Virus record (IMG/VR): IMGVR_UViG_3300037258_000356
Span: 1 to 58,934 of that record
DNA from: a virus
Lineage: Duplodnaviria; Caudoviricetes
Length of the DNA: 58,934 nucleotides
Reading direction: 5' to 3' (one strand)
The notes beneath the pieces are model-generated. The model made no database searches. It was not told the DNA's origin and saw only the letters and a program-made list of their open reading frames with translations. Made by a program: the position numbers and the translations under genes. Positions 35,761 through 44,995 of this stretch are shown here, piece by piece; the stretch's first letter is position 1, and every line of letters begins with the position of its first letter.

Positions 35761-36047
35761 CTAGGGCTCTCCTCGATGCTGGTGAGGATCGCAAGAGCCT
35801 GCTCGACCGAGGTCACGACGAAAGCCGCGGCGCCGGCGGCCGCGGCGCGGGCGAGCTCGTGTTGTTGGATGCGGGTGGGCTGGCGGCCGGGTTGTTTGAC
35901 TTCGAGCGCGATCGCGCGGCCTTTGTAGGCGCCGACGATGTCGGGGATGCCGCGGCGTGTGAACCCTGATCCGTGGGTTTTGAAGGCCCATCCGCCGCGT
36001 TGGTGGATGACGCGCAGGATTCGCTCTGTGAGGCCTGATTCGAGCAT
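35757..36047 (-). CDS. VRR-NUC nuclease
   Basis: GIPDI...LEVKQPG...Q PD-(D/E)xK motif. Confidence 0.85.
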   Translation of the reverse strand: MLESGLTERILRVIHQRGGWAFKTHGSGFTRRGIPDIVGAYKGRAIALEVKQPGRQPTRIQQHELARAAAAGAAAFVVTSVEQALAILTSIEESPR

Positions 36048-36051
36048 GAGT

Positions 36052-36336
36052 CTAAACCTCGACCTGAGACTTGGTTGAGGGTTGGTTGAGGGTTGCGGCT
36101 CGTTGCGTGTGGTGGGGTCGGTGGACCGCGAGGATCTCCGCGCACGGGACGTGCCAGCCGTCGACGAGCGCGAACGCGCCGGTCACGGACACGTACTCGA
36201 CGCGCCCCTCGATGCGGCCCACCAGGCACCGGTCGGTGAGGATGAGTACGACAGGTCGGCGCGTCGCCCAGTGGCCGCGGAGGTCCCACGCGATCCGTTG
36301 TTCGAACCGCTCGAGCTGGCTCGGCCGCGCGGTCAC
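36052..36336 (-). CDS. Hypothetical protein
   Basis: GTGA overlap start VTARPSQL. Confidence 0.45.
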   Translation of the reverse strand: MTARPSQLERFEQRIAWDLRGHWATRRPVVLILTDRCLVGRIEGRVEYVSVTGAFALVDGWHVPCAEILAVHRPHHTQRAATLNQPSTKSQVEV

Positions 36337-37212
36337 GCGGCCTGCAGCAGCTGCACTTTCGCGGGCACGAGCAGGCCGAAGTACCGTTCGAGGTCCATCT
36401 CGGTGTGGTGCTCCGCGTCGGCGCCGGTGACTGAGTTGTACGCGTCCAATGGCACCCAGATGTAGCTCTCGTCGTTCAGCCGTTCGTAGAAGCGGTCGGT
36501 GGCGTAGAGCGGCAGCGACCATGAGATCTCGCGGCTCTCGCCGGCGCGGGGAACACCGGTGTCGAGGATGAAGTGGCCGCCGAGGTCGGGTGAGCCAGGC
36601 ACGTAGTCCCATGGCTCGTTCGCGTTGAACTGGTCTTCCCCGGCGACGTCGAAGAGCGCAACGAAGTCGGCGTCCAGCTCCAGCAAGCCCAGGGGTGAGC
36701 TGCATGATCTGCCCGACTTCTTTTTCGACCGAACCGTCGTCGAAGGGGACGCCGTTCTGCTGGAAGTAGAGGAGACCGGCCTGCGGGTCGGTGCCGACAT
36801 CGTTCGCGCCGGTCTGCGGGTCGTAGCCTTGGCCGCCGTTCTCCTGCGCGCTGATGAGGCTGTACTGGCCGATCACCGTTTTGCCGGTGAGCGGCGGGAG
36901 CGTGCCTTTGGCGTTGTGCACGGATTCCATCGCGGCGTGGTAGAGGCCGGCTTCGAAGCAGTCGCCGGCGCCTTCGAAGCCGGGGGCGACGGTGGGGTCG
37001 GGGCCGTTGCCGAGCATGAGCCAGTCTTTGAAGTCGCCGCCATGGCCGAAGATCGCGGGTGCGGCGGGGAGGCCTGCGGTGGCCATGGCGGCTTGGATGG
37101 CGGGGCGGATGTCGCGGTAGAGGAGGATGCCGGTTTGGCGGGCTCGGGCGGGTGGTTTGCCGAGCGGTAGCCGGGCTTGGTGGCGTTCGCTCCAGATCGA
37201 GGCAACGGTCAC
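36333..37212 (-). pseudogene. Papain-like cysteine peptidase, frameshifted near 36686
   Basis: MLGN...GDCF (Cys) in one frame; QFNANEPW...GGH...ISW in another frame. Confidence 0.6.
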
Positions 37213-37245
37213 GGCGGGTGTCCTTTCAGACTGCAGGGTTGATGG

Positions 37246-37893
37246 TTAGGCGGCGGTCCACATGCCGTCAGCGGTGCGACGGCAGTGGCCCTCTCGCTCG
37301 AGCCTGTGGCAGGCGTCCTTGATGTCCTCGGTGCCGGCGTCGAGGCGTTGGGCGAGCAGCTCGCTCGTGAACAAACCGTCCTCGAGCGTCGCGAGCAGAC
37401 GTCGCTCGAGGTAGGCGGCTTCGAGTTCGCCGGGGTCGGGCTGGTGCACGCCGTTCGGCGACTCTGGTGCTTCGACGCCTGGGGGGGGGTCTGGTTCTTC
37501 GTGCTGCTGGACGGTCCAGCCGCTGGTGGTGAGCGTCGCACCGAGCTGCTCGAGGACCTGGCGCACGACGTTCTTGACGTTGACGGAGGGGACGCGCCCG
37601 ATCGCGCCGCAGATCTGGTGGACGGTCCTGGGCTGGTCCGCGATCGCGTCCCGGACCGGGTCGAGCGCATCCTCGAGCGTGAGCTTCGGCTGGCGTGGAT
37701 GCTTGTCCTTGCCGTGCGCCTTGCGCGCATTCGCCGGCGTAACCGGCGTGCGCGACGGTGCGGGAGGAGCGGGAGCGGGGTTCTGGGTTGCGTCGGCGAT
37801 CGCCGCGCGCGCTCGGCGGAGACGTTCGAGCTCCTGTTCGCCGTCGCGGATGGCGGTGTCGATGGTGGCTGTGATGTCAGCGAGTGTTGGCAC
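37246..37893 (-). CDS. Putative DNA-binding protein (coiled coil plus HTH-like regions)
   Basis: N-terminal coiled coil; C-terminal winged-helix-like LAQRLD...CHRLEREG. Confidence 0.45.
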   Translation of the reverse strand: MPTLADITATIDTAIRDGEQELERLRRARAAIADATQNPAPAPPAPSRTPVTPANARKAHGKDKHPRQPKLTLEDALDPVRDAIADQPRTVHQICGAIGRVPSVNVKNVVRQVLEQLGATLTTSGWTVQQHEEPDPPPGVEAPESPNGVHQPDPGELEAAYLERRLLATLEDGLFTSELLAQRLDAGTEDIKDACHRLEREGHCRRTADGMWTAA

Positions 37894-37897
37894 TGGG

Positions 37898-38869
37898 TCA
37901 GCTCTCTTCGGGGTCGTTGTCGATGCAGGCGGAGCAGAGGCCGGTTCCGACCCAGAAGCAGCCGCCTTCGCAGGCTTGGTCGTCGGTGCAGCCGCAGACA
38001 CGGCAACGGGCGCCGGGCGCTGGTTTGTGAAGCTCCTGGGTGAGCTCCTCGTTCATCGTTGTGTCTCCTCTGGTGGGGGTTGGTGGGTGGGCTGCGGGGA
38101 AGTCGTGCCATTCATGGCCGTCGAGCAGTGCTTCGCCGCCCGGCCGGGTGCCTCCCCACTGCTTGAAGAAGAAAGCGACGGTGCCGGCGGATCGCTCGTT
38201 GTCGATGCCCCAGCAGTCCTGCTGTAGGTCGCGGACCCAGTCGGCGCGCATCGGTCGCGCCTTTGGGCCTGACTCGCCCCCGACGATCAGCCAGTCGATG
38301 CCGCGGAGGTCGAGCCCTGCCCCGGTGTAGCCGTCGCTCCAGCCGCGCTCTTCAACGCCGTCCTCGGCGAACCAGCCTTCATCGGGCACCAGTGGTCCGA
38401 GTAGCGGTTCGGCACTGATGAACCTGATAGTCGCGGGGATGGCGCGCAGCACGTCGGCGCGGTGGACGAAGCGGCGGTTCTCGATCGACACGCCGAGCCA
38501 CACGTTGCGCCAGCCGTCGCCCCAGTCGGCGGGTAGGTAGTCGGCGATACGCTCGGGGCGCTTGGTGAGGATCTGGTAGGTGTGCTGCGGCGTCTGGCGG
38601 ACGATGTCCCACGCTTGGTCTCGCCAGGGGTCGGCGGTCTCGTGGAACCAGTCGGACCACGAGCAGGTGAAAACCATGCGCGCTGCTGCCCAGTGCAGCG
38701 GTGCGTTGAACGTCGCCGGCGACGCCTGTACAACGATCGACGGGTCGCGGCCGTAGCGGCGCTGGTCGCGGAACATGTAGCAGTGCGCGCATCCGGGGCT
38801 GACCTTGTCGCAGCCGCGCCACGGGTTCCACGTCGCGTCGGTCCACTCGATCGCCGAGCGGTCACCCAT
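37898..38869 (-). CDS. DUF5131 (Gp37/Gp68) protein, in frame with a small Cys-rich protein
   Basis: IEWTDATWNP..GCDKVSPGCAHCY...LTKRPER...VGGESG...FFKQWGG; internal AGGAG plus ATG before the CRVCGCTDD domain. Confidence 0.88.
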   Translation of the reverse strand: MGDRSAIEWTDATWNPWRGCDKVSPGCAHCYMFRDQRRYGRDPSIVVQASPATFNAPLHWAAARMVFTCSWSDWFHETADPWRDQAWDIVRQTPQHTYQILTKRPERIADYLPADWGDGWRNVWLGVSIENRRFVHRADVLRAIPATIRFISAEPLLGPLVPDEGWFAEDGVEERGWSDGYTGAGLDLRGIDWLIVGGESGPKARPMRADWVRDLQQDCWGIDNERSAGTVAFFFKQWGGTRPGGEALLDGHEWHDFPAAHPPTPTRGDTTMNEELTQELHKPAPGARCRVCGCTDDQACEGGCFWVGTGLCSACIDNDPEES

Positions 38870-38882
38870 CGCGACGGTCCTC

Positions 38883-39107
38883 TACGCCCGAGATGCGCGA
38901 TCTCTTCGCCCGAGTTTCGCCCGAACGCTCCGGGCGGTTTCGCAAACGGGTGCATTCGCCTGCACCCCGTTGCGCCCTGAAAGGCCTGCTTGTGCCGCGG
39001 TTTGCACTTGGGTGCGCCGCGGTCTGGTTAGTGGGCACGGCTGGTTCAAACGCGCTGCCAGCCGGGGCTGACCGGCTTGCGCTTCGCCCTAGTTTCGCCC
39101 GAACGCT
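38883..39107. other. Candidate intact attP
   Basis: 26-bp direct repeats at 38904-38929 and 39082-39107 built of tandem TTCGCCC(G/T)A units, flanking a tRNA-3'-end-like sequence at 39032-39046; downstream of the integrase. Confidence 0.55.
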
Positions 39108-39155
39108 GCGGCGGTTGCTCTTGACCGTGATCGCCGCGCAGCCTAACGTGCGCAC

Positions 39156-39617
39156 ATGGCGCAGGAAGTCGAGTTCGGCAAGGGCGGGTCGGGGAAGATC
39201 CGCAGCTTCGCCGTCGGGCTCGGCCTGTCGATTCTCACACTCGGCGTCTACAGCCTGTGCTGGTACTACTTCGTCAACGACGAGCTCAAGGACATCGGGA
39301 TCGCGCAGGACGACCAGCACCTCGCGCAGTCGAGTCCGGCGATGTCCGTTACCGCCCTGATCTTCGGCGGCATCCTGTTCCTGCCGCCGCTGCTGTCGGT
39401 GTACAACTACGGCCGCCGGATCAAGCGCGCGCAGCGACTCGTTGGCATTGATCGCGCACGGCAGATCAGCCCTACGATCGCGTTTCTGCTGCTGTTCCCA
39501 GGAGGGGTGCTGGTCATCCCGTACCTCTTTCACTTCTGGTACGTGACGAAGCACCAGAACATCGCTTTGCGCGCCGCCGGTGGCCTGCCGCCGTCCGGCG
39601 ACATCGTGCCTGCTTAG
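39156..39617 (+). CDS. DUF4234-like membrane protein (moron)
   Basis: LSILTLGVYSLCWYYFVNDEL motif, several TM segments, opposite strand to neighbours. Confidence 0.7.
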   Translation: MAQEVEFGKGGSGKIRSFAVGLGLSILTLGVYSLCWYYFVNDELKDIGIAQDDQHLAQSSPAMSVTALIFGGILFLPPLLSVYNYGRRIKRAQRLVGIDRARQISPTIAFLLLFPGGVLVIPYLFHFWYVTKHQNIALRAAGGLPPSGDIVPA

Positions 39618-39622
39618 CAGCA

Positions 39623-39928
39623 TCACGAGGCGTCCTCGACCGGCGACGACTCGTACCGCTGGCAGCGGAGGTCGTAGGTGCCGTCAGTCTGCCGCTCGAG
39701 CTTCACCAGGACCGGGAGCGACCATTCGTCGTCGGCGAGCATCTGGTCGACGAGCTGCCGGGAAAACCGGACGTAGGCGATCGCCGCTTCGCTGGGGAGT
39801 GGGCGCGCGTCGTCGACGATCTCGAAGCGCGTGATGCCGCGGTCGAACTGGTCGACCAGGATTCGCTGCACAGCCTCCGCCGGCGCGGCGGTGAGCAGCT
39901 CAGCGCTGAGCGCGAAGACGTCGCTCAT
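39623..39928 (-). CDS. Hypothetical protein
   Basis: GGAGG RBS; ATGA overlap with the integrase stop. Confidence 0.5.
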   Translation of the reverse strand: MSDVFALSAELLTAAPAEAVQRILVDQFDRGITRFEIVDDARPLPSEAAIAYVRFSRQLVDQMLADDEWSLPVLVKLERQTDGTYDLRCQRYESSPVEDAS

Positions 39929-40986
39929 GACGCTGCCTCCTGGCCGCCGACGACGCGCAGCGGTTTGATCTCTTGGTCCCAGGCGGCGAGCATGCGCTGT
40001 CTGGCGCCTTCCTCGCGCGGGTGGCCGTAGATAAGTTGGACGAGGCGGCCGCCGTCCATGTGGCCGAGCTGGACGGCGATGTCCCACGGTGTGACGCCGC
40101 GCTCGAGGAGCATGGTGGCGGCGCAATGGCGTAGCTCGTAGTGGTCGAGACCTGGGCGGCCGGCGAGGTTGCGTAGCTGCTTCCAGTGGTAGTGGTGGCT
40201 CGTCCTCGTCCACATCTGCTCGCGGTGGTTGACGAACAGCAGGCCGCTGCGGGTCAACGGAACGTCGTCGAGCGCGGCGCGCGCCGCCGGCGGGACGGTG
40301 ACGACGCGCATGCGGCCGTTCTTCGTCGGACCCACCGTCCGGGTCTTTGAGTCAAGCGCCCGCTCGATCGTGCACAGCTCGCCGCGGATGTCCGCGCGCT
40401 GCAGTGCGAAGAGCTCGCCGGGTCTGAGGCCGACGTAGCCGGCGAACAACACCATGGCGCGGAACTGGGGTGCGAGATCCCCGAGCTCCATTTTCGCGTC
40501 CAGAGCGCAGTCGGCGAGCGCGACGAGCTGCGGCTCGGTCAAAGCGACGATGTCGGCGCGGCCGCGCGACGTTGGCATGCGGAGGTTGGTGAACGGGTTG
40601 TGGTCGACGAGGCCGTCGCGCAAGGCGTCGGAGAACATGGCTCTGACGGCGGCGTGCGCGGCCTGGTTTTTCAACGCCCACGCGCGGGCGGTGGGGCGGT
40701 CGACGGCTGTGAGTTTCAGGTGGCCGAGATCACGGATGAACGGCTTGAGCCGGTCGCGGTTCGCGATCGCCGTCGACGCCCGGGGCCTCGGGTAGTCGAC
40801 GGGCCAACGTTCAGCGAACTGCCGGCACGTCTCCGAGCCCGTCGGATGGAAGCGCGTCTTCCAGTCGGCCTCGGCCCTGACCGCTTCGCGTTTCGTCGTG
40901 TAGGTGCCAAGGTGCTTCTTGCTTTTCGTCGCCGGGTCGTAGCCGCTGGCTATGTACCCGCGCCCGTGTTTATGTCTATACGCCAT
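39925..40986 (-). CDS. int: Tyrosine integrase
   Basis: GLRPGELFAL...K...YELRH...LGH...Y catalytic residues. Confidence 0.92.
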   Translation of the reverse strand: MAYRHKHGRGYIASGYDPATKSKKHLGTYTTKREAVRAEADWKTRFHPTGSETCRQFAERWPVDYPRPRASTAIANRDRLKPFIRDLGHLKLTAVDRPTARAWALKNQAAHAAVRAMFSDALRDGLVDHNPFTNLRMPTSRGRADIVALTEPQLVALADCALDAKMELGDLAPQFRAMVLFAGYVGLRPGELFALQRADIRGELCTIERALDSKTRTVGPTKNGRMRVVTVPPAARAALDDVPLTRSGLLFVNHREQMWTRTSHHYHWKQLRNLAGRPGLDHYELRHCAATMLLERGVTPWDIAVQLGHMDGGRLVQLIYGHPREEGARQRMLAAWDQEIKPLRVVGGQEAAS

Positions 40987-41206
40987 GGCGGTGCTCCTTC
41001 AGCCAGGTCTCAACCTCGTCCGGGTCGAAACGTAGCGACGCGCAGTACCGTCGTGCGGGCATGCCCTCCGCGATCCGGTACCGCCACCACCGCGTCGAGC
41101 CCCCAAACTGCTCCTGGAGCTCCTTCAGCGGCACGAGTCGCCGTGCGGCCGGCGCCGTGCCGGTCCGCTCGAGCGGGAACGCGATCACCTGAGCCTGCTG
41201 GCTCAC
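40976..41206 (-). CDS. Excisionase / AlpA-like HTH protein
   Basis: GMPARR...LRFDPDEVETWL; adjacent to the integrase. Confidence 0.7.
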   Translation of the reverse strand: MSQQAQVIAFPLERTGTAPAARRLVPLKELQEQFGGSTRWWRYRIAEGMPARRYCASLRFDPDEVETWLKEHRHGV

Positions 41207-41354
41207 TCCGCGTCCTCTCGGCTTATGAAAGGCCCCCATAGCGAACGCTCAGCAGACGACAGCGACACCGATCGGGTGGGAGGCTTAGAAGGCCCCCCTG
41301 CCGCCGCCGTCTGCTCAACGCTCTGCTCAAGATCCGAACCCTCGAATCGGCGGC

Positions 41355-42303
41355 TCACTTTTCGACCTCCACGGCGGGATCGACAGCGAGCATGTCTTGT
41401 GCCCACCCGATCTCGGAAAAGCCCAACGGGGTGTCGTCCGCGAGTTCGGGACAGCACTCACGGCATCGCATCGCAGGATCGTCTTGGCACCACTCGCACA
41501 GGAGCGGAGAACCATCGTCACGGTGACGGCCGGTCATTTGAGCCATCCCGCGTGCTGCAAACGGGTGAGCGCTTGGTCGCGGTCCATAATCGGCACTTCC
41601 TCCTCGTAGGAGAGCCGCACATCTGAGGCGATGCTGCGAGCGTCGAGAACGTGGTTGGCGATCATCCAGTCGACGGCAGCGCACAGCACTTCACAGCCGA
41701 GTTGCTTGTGGATTGCCGCGACCTCATCGCGCGATACCAGGCCCGGCCAAACCTCGTTCTGGCGGCGCTCAGTCGGCATCGGAAAAATCCTTCCGTTCAG
41801 GCCCGTTAGCCGCACTATTTTGCGGTCCCGCAGCCGTATTGGACGGCGCATTGCGGTAGCTCGCGATGAGATCGAACACGGCGCCGTCCTGGCTCACGAC
41901 GACGCCCTGATCCCGCAAGAGCGCGGCCAATTCGACCGGCAGCCCACAGGTAGGACAAGCCTCGGATCGGCGGCTCACGACTTTGGCTCCTGTTCAAGCG
42001 CCTCGCGAGCGCGGTCGACGATCTGCGTCAACGTCACACGCTGCCGCTCCTTGCATCCGAACTCGTCAGCCGGGTCATCCATCGAAACGAGCCATTCGGC
42101 CAGTTCCCTCAGTGTGTTCGCGGGTCGCGCCCCGCTTTGGCGGCTACTCATTTGGGCCTCCCGGCGTACCACAGCACGCGCCTGAAGCCGCCTTTCCAGA
42201 TACGGCGTCGGACCTCCATGGGGATGCCCAAGCGGTCGCAATCGCGATGAAAACGACGGCGCCTCAACGCCTCGATCCACACCACGCTTCGGCGGCCGGT
42301 CAT
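41355..42303 (-). other. Run of about five small coupled hypothetical genes, several Cys-rich
   Basis: Chained start/stop overlaps at 41537, 41779, 41978, 42151 and 42303. Confidence 0.45.
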
Positions 42304-42881
42304 GCGGCCATCGCAATCGAGGGCATCGGGACTGGGCACACGTCGGCCTTGATGTAGAGCGGGTGCCGTGGATGGCCGTCTTTGGTGAACGCAAGGGCGT
42401 GCATCGCCCCGAGCTTCATGCGCACCCGCTCGGGCCGGTCCTCCCAGGTGAAAGGCATCTTGATCGAGCCCCACGCCGCGACGACAAGCCCAGCGCGGTC
42501 GGCCATGTGACGCAGAGCCTCGTCGTTGCGATTGACGCGCCAGCTCGCGCGCCACTCGTCGGTCCATTCGCCGACGGGAGAGACGAGCTGGTTCTTGCGC
42601 ACGTCCGGCAGCGCCTTTGGGTTAGTCGCGCGGTAGGCGAACAGGTTGCCCATCAGCAGCCCGCCGTATCCCCAGTCGCGAGCGAAGCGGATGCACCGCC
42701 GGATCGTCGGATCGTCCCGCTCGGCGTCGGCCGTCGAGGGGTTGAAGCCGATGAACAGGACCGGCCGCACGTCCGGGTTCCAGACGCGCGCCAGCTCGTA
42801 GCGGTACACGCCGTCGTCGCTGAGAACGGCGCTCTTGCGCACCTCATCGGGCGCCACGCTTAGGCGGCGGTTCTCAGACAT
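42300..42881 (-). CDS. DUF1643 protein
   Basis: YRYELARVW...NPSTADAERDDPTIRRC...NLFAYRAT...PRHPLY. Confidence 0.88.
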   Translation of the reverse strand: MSENRRLSVAPDEVRKSAVLSDDGVYRYELARVWNPDVRPVLFIGFNPSTADAERDDPTIRRCIRFARDWGYGGLLMGNLFAYRATNPKALPDVRKNQLVSPVGEWTDEWRASWRVNRNDEALRHMADRAGLVVAAWGSIKMPFTWEDRPERVRMKLGAMHALAFTKDGHPRHPLYIKADVCPVPMPSIAMAA

Positions 42882-43970
42882 CTGCCGCCCTCGCGATCTC
42901 GTCAGCGCGTTCGCGCAGCGTGTCCAGCGCCAACCACGCCGCGCGAACCTCACAACAGCCCGTCTGCTCGCTACCGCTCAGCGTGCGGCCAAGCTCATGT
43001 CCGACAGGTAGGTACTTGCAATCGCATCGTGCGTGGGGCCACTCATCAGGATTACCAGCACCGGGCAGGTAGCAGCACAGCGACGATCCGATCTCAGCTA
43101 GCGCCCGCATCTGCTCAATGCGGGTGAGGCTTACGTTCTGGCGGCTCATCGGCCGAGCGCTCGTTTCGCCGCGTCGCGAGACGCAATCAGCTCGGCCGAA
43201 AGGTCGTCGTCCTCGCCCAGGTCGAGAGCGTCGGCGAGCGCCGCCTGATGGCGCATAAGCCGCGCGATCGCGCCTCGCAGCATGCGTCGCTCGGACTCCC
43301 AGGCAGGTTCCGCGATCGCGGATTCGGCGATGGATGTAGGCTCCTCGCGCCACGTGCAGACCGGGCAATAGCGGTGCGTCTCGTGCCAGCCCGGCTCCGG
43401 ACAATCCTCAGGCGCAATCTCGGGTCGCTTGCCCATAGCGCTCGCTCCTTTCCTCGAATCCTTCATCGCGTCTCCCATCGCGGCCTGATCGGCTCAAGCG
43501 GACAGCCCTCATCACAGGTCACTCCCTCGCAGACTGGGCAACACCACCAGTCGTCCGGGTCCACGTCGTCGCGTTCAAGACTCTTGGCCACCTCGTAGAG
43601 CCCATTGGCCATATCCTCGTCGTGGTCGAAAATCAGCGGCGCTGCGTAACGAAGTGTCGCTGCGGTCGCCGCGATTCGCGCGCGATCCTCGGCGGTCAGT
43701 TCAGGCACGGTGGTCCCTCTCGGTCGGTTCCAAGCAGCATGGCGTGACTTACGCTCTGGCGGCTCATCAGGCGTCGGCGTCCGCGAGTCGGCGACGTGCT
43801 TCGGAGAGCCGGTCGCGAGCGCGGTCGAGCTTCGCGACGCGGCGTTGGCGGAGGCGGTCGAGTTCGTCCTGGACGTTCTCGACGGCGGTCTGCCGGACGG
43901 CGACCATCCGCTCGAGCCGGCTGACCTCGCGCTGCCAGAATCGCTGAACGGACGGCGAGACCTTGGTCAT
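42874..43970 (-). other. Run of four or five small hypothetical genes
   Basis: Coupled ORFs starting near 43149, 43436, 43708 and 43970; several CxxC motifs. Confidence 0.45.
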
Positions 43971-44995
43971 GCCGGCACCTCCTCGCCGACCGCGACCATC
44001 TGCTCGAGCAGCTGGATGGCCGAATCCTTGATCGGCAGTCCAGCCTCAGCGAATTTGTCTTCGATGATCGGTTGTAGCTTGGTCTTGACCGCCGTGTAGA
44101 CGGTGTTGTAGACACGATCTCGCAGTCCCGCGGCCCCCGCGGCCTCCGCGGCCCACGCGGCCCCCGCGGCCCACGCGGCCTCCGCGGCCCCCGCGGCCCA
44201 CGCGGCCTCCGCGGCCCCCGCGGCCTCCGCGGCCCACGCGGCCCCCGCGGCCCACGCGGCCCCCGCGGCCCCCGCGGCCCACGCGGCCTCCGCGGCCCAC
44301 GCGGCCTCCGCGGCCCACGCGGCCTCCGCGGCCCCCGCGGCCCCCGCGGCCCCCGCGGCCTCCGCGGCCCACGCGGCCCCCGCGGCCTCCGCGGCCCACG
44401 CGGCCCCCGCGGCCTCCGCGGCCCCCGCGTGCTCTCCGTGTTCCTTCAGCTTTTCAGCGACAGCTTCCCGAACGGTCTCGCGCAGCCGAGTCAGATGCTC
44501 GTTGCGGAGACTCCACATGCGCTCGCGAACAGGGCTGACCGCTCCGCGGGCAGCCCCAGCCGATCCTGCGTCGACGATCGGGGCGAGCTCGCGCATCGTC
44601 GCGGCCGCGTCACCGGCGCCGGCGAGATCAAGCCAAACCGGCAGCGCCTGGCGGACAGCCCAGTCTGCGGCGAGATAGCCGCGCGCTTCGCTGCGACCGT
44701 CGTTCGCGGTTGCGACGAGCCGTTCGGCGTTGTCGAGGACCCAGTGGTCGATGCGGTCGCGACCGTCCTGGTCGGTGCCGTCGTTGTAGCGGCGCAGGAA
44801 CGCGCCGATGACGGGGCAACAGTTGTCAGGGTGGTCCGTCCACGTTTGACCGGTGAGCCACGCGAATTTCTCCATGACACACCATCCGCAGACGTCGCCG
44901 TTGCTTGGCGCTTCGTGTGCTCCGGTGGTGAGCGGAATGTCCTTCGCGGCGGCGACGCGTTCGGGAATGAGGACTGGCACTGGTTCTCCTCTCAT
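43967..44995 (-). CDS. Phage protein with an AA(G/E/W) tripeptide repeat
   Basis: GAH...CVME...WTDHP..CPVI...ND N-terminal domain followed by a repeat tract. Confidence 0.7.
   Translation of the reverse strand: MRGEPVPVLIPERVAAAKDIPLTTGAHEAPSNGDVCGWCVMEKFAWLTGQTWTDHPDNCCPVIGAFLRRYNDGTDQDGRDRIDHWVLDNAERLVATANDGRSEARGYLAADWAVRQALPVWLDLAGAGDAAATMRELAPIVDAGSAGAARGAVSPVRERMWSLRNEHLTRLRETVREAVAEKLKEHGEHAGAAEAAGAAWAAEAAGAAWAAEAAGAAGAAGAAEAAWAAEAAWAAEAAWAAGAAGAAWAAGAAWAAEAAGAAEAAWAAGAAEAAWAAGAAWAAEAAGAAGLRDRVYNTVYTAVKTKLQPIIEDKFAEAGLPIKDSAIQLLEQMVAVGEEVPA
44126..44429 (-). repeat. About 33 tandem 9-nt units GCCGCG-(GGG/GAG/TGG)
   Basis: Read directly from the sequence. Confidence 0.95.

Noticed and set aside
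39020-39055. tRNA gene
   Set aside because: Only about 15 nt resembling a 3' end; no D-arm or anticodon arm, so treated as an att core
44126-44429. Repeat tract as a CRISPR array or DGR template/variable region
   Set aside because: Contiguous 9-nt coding units with no spacers; no cas or reverse transcriptase gene recognised in the window
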